From positions 1-37,842 of the forward strand of contig NIVC01004694.1 of NCBI GenBank assembly GCA_002269645.1: DNA of 37,842 nt. The letters are read 5' to 3'. Below the pieces are notes generated by a model. The model was not told the origin of the DNA. It searched no databases and was given only the letters and a program-made list of their open reading frames with translations. How positions within the stretch are numbered: the first letter of the stretch is position 1; each line of letters starts with the position of its first letter. Below, one piece after another: positions 21,572-30,594 of this stretch. Source of the stretch: Macrostomum lignano (lineage: Eukaryota). Made by a program: the position numbers and the translations under genes.

Positions 21572-23209
21572 CAGTGGCGCAACCAGGGGGGGGCGGGGGG
21601 CGGTCGCCCCCCTTAGACGGAGACCCAAAAAATCAAAGGGGACCAAGCGAATTTTTGCCATAAACAGAGCCACCCCTCTGCCCCCCCTTCCTGGGACTTT
21701 ACCCTCCAAAATCCGCCCCCCTCAAAAAAATTCTGGTTGCGCTACTGACCAACGCCACTCGGAATCCGCCCCCTCTGACCAACGCCACTCGGAATTCGCC
21801 CCCGTTGGCCAGCGCCACTCGGAATCCGCCCCCTCTGACCAGCGCCACTCGGAATCCGCCCCCACTGACCAGCGCCACTTGGAATCTGCTCCCACTGACC
21901 AACACCATCCGGAATCCGCCCCTTCTGACCAACGCCAGTGGCGCAACCAGGGGGGGGGGCGGGGGGCGGTCGCCCCCCTTAGACGGAGACCCAAAAAATC
22001 AAAGGGGGACCAAGCGAATTTTTGCCATAAACAGAGCCACCCCTCTGCCCCCCTTCCTGGGACTTTACCCTCCAAAATCCGCCCCCCTCAAAAAAATTCT
22101 GGTTGCGCTACTGACCAACGCCACTCGGAATCCGCCCCCTCTGACCAACGCCACTCGGAATTCGCCCCCGTTGGCCAGCGCCACTCGGAATCCGCCCCCT
22201 CTGACCAGCGCCACTCGGAATCCGCCCCCACTGACCAGCGCCACTTGGAATCTGCTCCCACTGACCAACACCATCCGGAATCCGCCCCTTCTGACCAACG
22301 CCAGTGGCGCAACCAGGGGGGGGGCGGGGGGCGGTCGCCCCCCTTAGACGGAGACCCAAAAAATCAAAGGGGGACCAAGCGAATTTTTGCCATAAACAGA
22401 GCCACCCCTCTGCCCCCCCTTCCTGGGACTTTACCCTCCAAAATCCGCCCCCCTCAAAAAAATTCTGGTTGCGCTACTGACCAACGCCACTCGGAATCCG
22501 CCCCCTCTGACCAACGCCACTCGGAATTCGCCCCCGTTGGCCAGCGCCACTCGGAATCCGCCCCCTCTGACCAGCGCCACTCGGAATCCGCCCCCACTGA
22601 CCAGCGCCACTTGGAATCTGCTCCCACTGACCAACACCATCCGGAATCCGCCCCTTCTGACCAACGCCAGTGGCGCAACCAGGGGGGGGGGCGGGGGGCG
22701 GTCGCCCCCCTTAGACGGAGACCCAAAAAATCAAAGGGGACCAAGCGAATTTTTGCCATAAACAGAGCCACCCCTCTGCCCCCCCTTCCTGGGACTTTAC
22801 CCTCCAAAATCCGCCCCCTCAAAAAAATTCTGGTTGCGCTACTGACCAACGCCACTCGGAATCCGCCCCCTCTGACCAACGCCACTCGGAATTCGCCCCC
22901 GTTGGCCAGCGCCACTCGGAATCCGCCCCCTCTGACCAGCGCCACTCGGAATCCGCCCCCACTGACCAGCGCCACTTGGAATCTGCTCCCACTGACCAAC
23001 ACCATCCGGAATCCGCCCCTTCTGACCAACGCCAGTGGCGCAACCAGGGGGGGGCGGGGGGCGGTCGCCCCCCTTAGACGGAGACCCAAAAAATCAAAGG
23101 GGGACCAAGCGAATTTTTGCCATAAACAGAGCCACCCCTCTGCCCCCCCTTCCTGGGACTTTACCCTCCAAAATCCGCCCCCCTCAAAAAAATTCTGGTT
23201 GCGCTACTG
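21572..23209. mobile_element. Five tandem copies of a 176-178-bp hAT-type MITE, each separated by about six 30-bp minisatellite units (higher-order period 364-366 bp)
   Basis: MITEs at 21572-21747, 21936-22113, 22302-22479, 22668-22844 and 23033-23209. TIRs CAGTGGCGCAACCAG / CTGGTTGCGCTACTG (1 mismatch). 8-bp TSD ACCAACGC flanks every copy. Confidence 0.93.
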
Positions 23210-26206
23210 ACCAACGCCACTCGGAATCCGCCCCCTCTGACCGCCACTAATTCGCTTTATTATCTAATACCAGACTATGACTGACCAGCGCCACTTAATC
23301 TGCTCCCACAATGACCAAAATCCGGAATTTCTGACCAACGCCAGTGGCGCAAATATTTTCTCCCGGAAATATTGAGAAATGAAATGTAAAACCATACAGA
23401 AATTTTTATTGATTATTGCTTTTAAATCAGCAAGTGTTTCATTTGACCGCCTATATTCAACTTTATTATACTAATAAAGATATGACTAGCATATATTTCT
23501 ACAATTTATTAAAATTTTAAATTTCTACTATAAGTAGGTTATTGGAAATATTTTCTCCCGGAAATATTGAGAAATGAATATGTAAAACCGATACAGAAAT
23601 TTTTATTGATTATTGCTTTTAATATCAGCAAGTGTTTCATTTTTATTACACTAATGGAGACTTCCATGTCTCCAGTGAATGCTGATTTCTTGATCTTCGA
23701 TCGAGACAAGAGCCGGCACCTGCGGCTTACCTGTCTCCAGGACACAGCTGGAGTGTCGGGTTCGGCTCGGCCGTTGCCATGGCAACTACGAAGCCAAAGT
23801 GTCCTTCCAGAGCAGAGGCAAAGTCACTTTTAAGCGATGCAAGCACCCAAAAGGTCATTTTTGTTCGCATATGGCTCATAAGTTGATATTATGTGGGGGA
23901 GGTCACCTGACCCCCGTGACCCCAGTAACTGTCCACACTACACAACGAAGCAGCGCGCATTTAGCCGGAGGGGGGTGGGCCTCTATTCTGGCAAAAAATG
24001 CTTCGTGCGGAAGAAGGGAGGTGGCCCACCTGTGGTATGTGCGCATATAAAGTATATTTCATTTCACACACATTGGCCATAGACACTGCCCCTGTTAACC
24101 CTGCGTTCTAAAGCTAATATAAGGAGAGCAAATATAAAGGAAATGAATGTTAACATCGGCATGGCAAGAGCCCGCTACCAAGCTTGAGATTACTAATCAT
24201 AATTCACCTGGACTTCGAGTTGGTAACGGAAGTCGGATGTAACACCACCCCCACCCCCCCGCCCCCTTCTCGGTCTGCTTCAACCCATCTCATTGCAATG
24301 CATTGTTTTAAAACAGAAGCAGGGCCAGCCGATAGAGATTTGAAAGTATTCAATTAAAAAAGATAAAAAACGCTACTTTTGCTACTGAAAACGAGTAGAC
24401 GAGCGCATTTTACACAAAGCTACAGTAATAAGTGACAAGTCCAGTATGTGTGGTCAGACCAGAGAACAAAGCAAACTTATTCAGCGAGTCAAATTTTCTA
24501 CAGTCTAACAAAGCCCGCCTGAGCTTTCCTAGAAATACTTCAGTACAGCACGACTTTCACGTTGGCTGCCTTCTAAAGAGACCCGTAGTATTGATTGGGA
24601 TCTGGGGGATCTGCTCCCGCCACCTCCACTTCGTCTCCGCGCAGGAATCCCCAGGACAATCGGGCAGCCAGCTGCTGCCGGGGCTTAACTCCGCGACTTA
24701 GGCAGCATTTTCAAGACCCGCCGGCCCCCCTGCCCATTGTTTATCCTCATATTCGGGTCCGCGTGGACTTCAAATTCGATATTTAAGAGTAATAAAATTG
24801 TGTCTGTTTTGAACACATGGAATTTTAGTTCAATTTTTTCAAACCGAAAATCTGCCCAAAATCACTTTGATTGGCTGATCGCAGGGATGGCCGAGCAGTC
24901 TGGTGAGAGGTCCTAGGCTCGATTTTGAGAGCCTTAGTTAATCTGGTGGCACCTGTTCCCGGGGACTGCTGCCGGGGGATAATCCGGACTGGATTAACCA
25001 GACCCGGTACAACAGCCATGCCCGCCAAGGTTTGCTATGAGAGGTGCAGCAGAAGTCGCTGCAGTTGCTGCTGCAGTCACTTTTCTCCGGCCCCTGCAGC
25101 TCTCTCGCAGGCAATCTGCTCCTCTACTCACCAAGGTAAGCAAGGGCTGCATTCGCCTTATAACTGCTTTCATAGGCCTGTGTGGCGGGTGTCGAACTTG
25201 GGACTTCCGTACCGGGCAAACCCCGATGCAGAGCCTCAGATGCTGTAGAGTCGTATTGATTTTTACTGCCTGGGACAAGGTTTAGGAGAGGCTCAGCCAC
25301 AGAATATACACAGAATGGTGAATCAGCGCTTAAACTACTTATCGGAATAAAATGTTCATAGACTACTAATCATGAGGTGGCGAAAAGTAGTGCAATTAAA
25401 TTGACGTAGATTAAGCTAAGCGCCCTAGGCTATATGTATTAAAAGTTAAAAGTCAATGTAAAGAGATAAGGATAAGCGTAAAAGACTTTTCGATTAGCTT
25501 GTGCTGCTTGCACGTGTATTTTTTGATAACATTGAATTAGAATTAACATTGAATTGAAGAATGTAGGAATTAATTGAATAAGAATTAATTGAAGAATTTA
25601 AGAATTAACATGATTAACATTAAATTAGAATTTGCTTATTGCGCCCATTCGCTTGAACTTTTTTATTTCGTCCGATTTTTCGAGAGCAACTGATCGGCCT
25701 CGCTTCCTTTGCTGCGCGATCTCTCATTACTCTTGCCTAGCAGGTCGGCACGAAAAATTCTCTTCGCCCAATCTTCGCATCTAAAGCGCAATATTGTATT
25801 TCTATGTCAACTTATCTAATTTACACTACTTGCAATTGTAATGGCTCTTACCGACTTCTATCCGCTGGAAAGCGATGGAAGCGCGTCTGCGGTGGGCACT
25901 TATTTGCGCAGTGCGGGCAACCGTAAGCTGCGCATTGGATCTTGGATTTTGTCTTAGCATTCATGCTGCCGCTTGCTATCGAAAATATTGCATCGGCTGA
26001 CAGCTCCACAGAGTATACACAGTATATACAGTATATTCTGTGGACAGCTCACCTAACCGCTGTCTATGGCACTAGCTGCCTAAATCTACTACTTATCACG
26101 CGCCTCATCATTAGCAGCATATTGCGAATATAGTTTCGGAGCAAGATTTTTTTTGCGAGAGAGCTAATTCACCATTCTGTGTATATTCTGTGGGCTCAGC
26201 AGCCCA

Positions 26207-27745
26207 GCCAGCCCAGCCACCGCATCTCCTGCCGCCTAGCACCCTCCACTCCAGCCCCCCCCCCCAGCCACCGCATCTCCTGCCGCCTAGCACCCTCCAC
26301 TCCAGCCCCCCCCCAGCCACCGCATCTCCTGCCGCCCAGCCACCGCCTCTCCTGCCGCCTAGCACCCTCCACTCCAGCCCCCCCAGCCACCGCATCTCCT
26401 GCCGCCTAGAACCCTCCACTCCAGCCCCCCCCCAGCCACCGCATCTCCTGCCGCCCCAGCCACCGCATCTCCTGCCGCCCAGCACCCTCCACTCCAGCCC
26501 CCCCCAGCCACCGCATCTCCTGCCGCCCAGCCACCGCATCTCCTGCCGCCCCAGCCACCGCCTCTCCTGCCGACTAGCACCCTCCACTCCAGCCCCCCCC
26601 CCAGCCACCGCATCTCCTGCCGCCCAGCCACCGCCTCTCCTGCCGCCTAGCACCCTCCACTCCAGCCCCCCCCAGCCACCGCATCTCCTGCCGCCTAGCA
26701 CCCTCCACTCCAGCCCCCCCAGCCACCGCATCTCCTGCCGCCTAGAACCCTCCACTCCAGCCCCCCCCCAGCCACCGCATCTCCTGCCGCCCAGCCACCG
26801 CATCTCCTGCCGCCCAGCCACCGCCTCTCCTGCCGCCTAGCACCCTCCACTCCAGCCCCCCCCCCCAGCCACCGCATCTCCTGCCGCCTAGCACCCTCCA
26901 CTCCAGCCCCCCCCCCAGCCACCGCATCTCCTGCCGCCTAGAACCCTCCACTCCAGCCCCCCCCCCACATCACCGCAGCCACCGCATCTCCTGCCGCCTA
27001 GCACCCTCCACTCCAGCCCCCCCCAGCCACCGACCGCATCTCCTGCCGCCTAGCACCCTCCACTCCAGCCCCCCCCCAGCCACCGCATCTCCTGCCGCCC
27101 AGCCACCGCCTCTCCTGCCGCCTAGCACCCTCCACTCCAGCCCCCCCAGCCACCGCATCTCCTGCCGCCTAGAACCCTCCACTCCAGCCCCCCCCAGCCA
27201 CCGCATCTCCTGCCGCCTAGAACCCTCCACTCCAGCCCCCCCCCAGCCACCGCATCTCCTGCCGCCTAGCACCCTCCACTCCCCCCCCCAGCCACCGCAT
27301 CTCCTGCCGCCTAGCACCCTCCACTCCAGCCCCCCCCAGCCACCGCATCTCCTGCCGCCTAGCACCCTCCACTCCAGCCCCCCCCCAGCCACCGCCTCTC
27401 CTGCCGCCCAGCCACCGCCTCTCCTGCCGCCCAGCCACCGCCTCTCCTGCCGCCTAGCACCCTCCACTCCAGCCCCCCCCCAGCCACCGCATCTCCTGCC
27501 GCCTAGCACCCTCCACTCCCCCCCCAGCCACCGCATCTCCTGCCGCCTAGCACCCTCCACTCCAGCCCCCCCCCCCAGCCACCGCATCTCCTGCCGCCCC
27601 AGCCACCGCCTCTCCTGCCGCCTAGCACCCTCCACTCCAGCCCCCCCCCAGCCACCGCCTCTCCTGCCGCCCAGCCACCGCATCTCCTCCCGCCCAGCCA
27701 CCGCCTCTCCTGCCGCCCAGCACCCTCCAGTCCCGCAGAACCGCC
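26207..27745. repeat. Modular C-rich minisatellite built from A (CAGCCACCGCATCTCCTGCCGCC) and B (TAGCACCCTCCACTCCAGCCCCCC) subunits
   Basis: AB, AAB and AAAB arrangements read directly. Confidence 0.95.
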
Positions 27746-28388
27746 TCACCGCCACAGTATCTGGGGTTTAAATACGAGTACTTTATTAATATTTCTTTAC
27801 TCAATAGCAAAATTATTGATAGCAGGACCTTTATAATACTACGAGTATTAGGCCGCTAATTTTACTGAATTGTTAGATCCTTATTACTTTAATCTGTTGA
27901 AGCATTGGGAAGGTGTAGAAGGCTATACAGTCCATCTCCCATTCAATGAAGTCCCTGATTCCTACTCTTCCCGAGAATGAATGAATAATTAACCAAAATC
28001 CCACTCCAAGACTCCACTGTCCGCTTTTTTAAATATTCAAAACAAATATTCCAAAACAACTCAGCCAAAGAGTTTTAGAACTGCATGGTGTCTGTGCTGC
28101 AGATGCGGGAACTCGCGTCTCAGATGTACAATTGGGGGGAAAAAGGTTGCAGTCGGTGAATTTCATTACAGCTGCTCCATCTGAATTTCCCTGGCTTAAA
28201 GTGGAGCGCGGCTGGGGCAGAAGCTTCACGGAATAAAAGCTCCGGCTCTGTCCGGGCAGGGCGCGGTGAACTAAACCTGCTGCCTATAGTGAAGTCAGAT
28301 CAGAAAATCGCAAACAGTCCAACCCTGTAGCAAGAATTTCGTATGCTCAGTGGCGGTAAAACTCTCTTGCGGCTGAAGATACTTCTTT

Positions 28389-28678
28389 AAGGTACGCCTC
28401 TTAGGTACATCTCTTAGGTACGTCTCTTAAGTACGTCTCTTAGGTACATCTCTTAGGTACGTCTCTTAAGTACGTCTCTTAGGTACATCTCTTAGGTACA
28501 TCTCTTAGGTACGTCTCTTAGGTACATCTCTTAGGTACATCTCTTAGCTGATGCACACCTCTAAGGTACGTCTCTTAAGTACGTCTCTTAGGTACGTCTC
28601 TTAGGTACGTCTTTTAGGTACATCTCTTAGCTATTCTACGTCTTTTAGGTACGACTCTTAGGTACTATAAGGTACGTC
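28389..28678. repeat. 13-bp minisatellite TTAGGTAC(A/G)TCTC
   Basis: About 21 tandem copies with two short interruptions. Confidence 0.95.
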
Positions 28679-29006
28679 TTGCGTCTCTATGTCAGAAAGT
28701 TAAGAGTGAGTCCGATCTTCTGAGGAGCCCCAAGGCTCCGTGGTTTTTCCACTGCAGCGAGAGAGACCGCATGTCGGAAAAAAGCTGTTAGCGTTGCATT
28801 TGTCCTCCTTCGGACCCTTGGCTAGGAATTGATCTACACCGAGGAAGAAGTTGTTAACCACAGTCGCTCGCAGACATAAAATACAAAGTATTATTGTCGT
28901 GGCATAAAAGGGCATTCAAGTCCATCAGAATGGACTTTAACAATTAGTACGAGCTGGCATTAAGAAAATTTCCCGTGTGCCAAATGCAGAGTCCGTGTTC
29001 GCCCGG

Positions 29007-29683
29007 ATGACGCGCATGCTGCTGCCGGCCCGCACCAGCCCCGTCCGCATTGGGCTGGCCGTGTTCGCCCTTGGGCTCGTCCTGACTATCCCACTGCTGC
29101 TCCTGACCACGTCCTGGCGTCGCGGGTCGCACGTAGGCGACACGGACAGTGAGCTGACCGGCCTCAGCAGCTTCTGGCATCTCGGCGACGCGTCAAGGAA
29201 GTTCGCTGATAAACCCGCGGAATTTCGACAGCCGTTCGTCTACGCGCCGCTGGACACGGAGTTCATCGACAGCAACTTCGACCGGCTGAAGCTGGCCCTG
29301 TCCCGCTCGCCCATGGGCAAGTACCAGGCCCACGTGGACGTCCTGATGACGGAACGGAGGCCGCAGATCAACACAGACGGCTGGCGGTTCCACACACCGT
29401 CTGGACGGAACCTCACGCTGGCTGGCCTGCAGGCGGAGACCTACGACAGGAACTACACGACCCCAAACCTGGCGCACTTCATCCTGCCCTTCCAGGACCC
29501 GCAGCTCGCCTTCCATCATTTTGTGTGCATCCTGAGCGGCTTCTGGGTGATGCGGCCGCAGAAGCTGGTGCTTTGGTACATGAAGCCGCCGTCCGGGCAC
29601 TACTGGGAGCTGCTGAAGACCAACATCACCGCCCCGGTGTGGGAGCAGCGCATCGTCATGATCCAGCGCCCAGTGACGCAGAA
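29007..29683 (+). CDS. Type II membrane glycosyltransferase-like protein (probable GT32 / alpha-1,4-GlcNAc/Gal-transferase-like), first visible coding exon; rest of the gene not found in the window
   Basis: GC3-rich ORF with an N-terminal TM (IGLAVFALGLVLTIPLLLL) and a stem, then PNLAHFI..LAFHHFVCILS..RPQKLVLWY..PSGHYWELLK, resembling the N-terminal part of invertebrate GT32-like domains. Strong donor AA|GTAAGT at 29683/29684. The DXD motif is not reached. Confidence 0.7.
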
Positions 29684-29834
29684 GTAAGTTTGGCAAAAAT
29701 CAATATATGAAAATGTGCTCGCTAGCCGGTTAACTTCCTCTGAAAACTTGGAGAGCGTAATAACTGAGAGCCCAATTGGGCCAGTTTGTAACCGACAGCT
29801 CAGCCGCAGTTTCATCGAACACAAAAAGGTGTAA

Positions 29835-29990
29835 TGCTGGCACTTATTTTACAGCTGGGTGAACTGAAGCAATGCAGAGCTAAGTGTTCTGCTCAAGGAC
29901 ACAAATTGTTCCAGTGGGGCCGGGAATCGAACCCCCGACCTTCAAGTCGTAAGTCCGACGCTCAAACCACTCGACAGTCTAGAGCGCGCT
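29835..29990 (-). mobile_element. tRNA-derived SINE (tRNA-like head plus a CORE/V/Meta-like central domain)
   Basis: Minus strand: A-box-like CTGTCGAGTGG (29977-29967), B-box GGTTCGATTCC (29933-29923), then GTGTCCTTGAGCAGAACACTT...CACCCAGCTGTAAA, resembling conserved SINE central domains. No proper acceptor stem. Ends are approximate. Confidence 0.75.
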
Positions 29991-30041
29991 TGCTCGCTGG
30001 GACAGCTTACAAGCCAAAAATCGATGTACGTTCTTGGATTC

Positions 30042-30042
<1 letters not shown>

Positions 30043-30076
<34 letters not shown>
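30043..30076. repeat. (AC)n microsatellite, about 17 units
   Basis: Read directly. Confidence 0.98.
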
Positions 30077-30080
<4 letters not shown>

Positions 30081-30594
30081 ACGCACCGGGCACTTGTTGG
30101 TACGGTATACAATGGTGGGCACTTATTTTGCAATTTTTTTTGACACACGAAAACACACACATACACACAGTGCAATGACCTATTAAGTATTTTTAGCATT
30201 TAAATGATGAAAAAAAGCATACATTGAAATAAAAAAGCACGTCCCATACTAATAGTATGATCTATTGAAAGTGAAGGAATAGCATATCATCGTGTAACTA
30301 TATTGTCCTCAGTCGAGCGAATTCAGCATTACTTGAAATACAAGTCTTCGTTGAAGCCAATCCACATGAAGGAAAAACTAGTTACAAGCAGTCTATTTAC
30401 CTTTACCTTTACTAATACGCTATAATGCTGTACGCAATATGCCTGACTAATATGAATAAAAAATTCAATTACACTTGCGCTTAGGAAAAAACCTAAAATT
30501 GACAGTGAAACTGAAAAACTGAAACGCAAAGATTAGTTAAGCAGATTAAACAAAAAATTCCGGTCGAGCGAGAAAACAGGAGTCTCGTTATTTA

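Noticed and set aside
23813-24094. Possible third MITE (CAGAGGCA ... TGCCCCTG with an internal G/C hairpin)
   Set aside because: The TIR match is only 7 of 8 bp and the flanks show no TSD.
869-27810. Long ORFs in the track over repeats (e.g. 11273-12250, 13922-14551, 17300-18601, 17663-19042, 21441-23210, 26190-26840)
   Set aside because: They are periodic translations of minisatellites, open in several frames and strands at once, mostly with non-ATG starts and no domain content.
29905-29990. Functional tRNA-Val(TAC) gene
   Set aside because: A and B boxes are present but there is no convincing acceptor stem, and the sequence continues into a SINE-like body.
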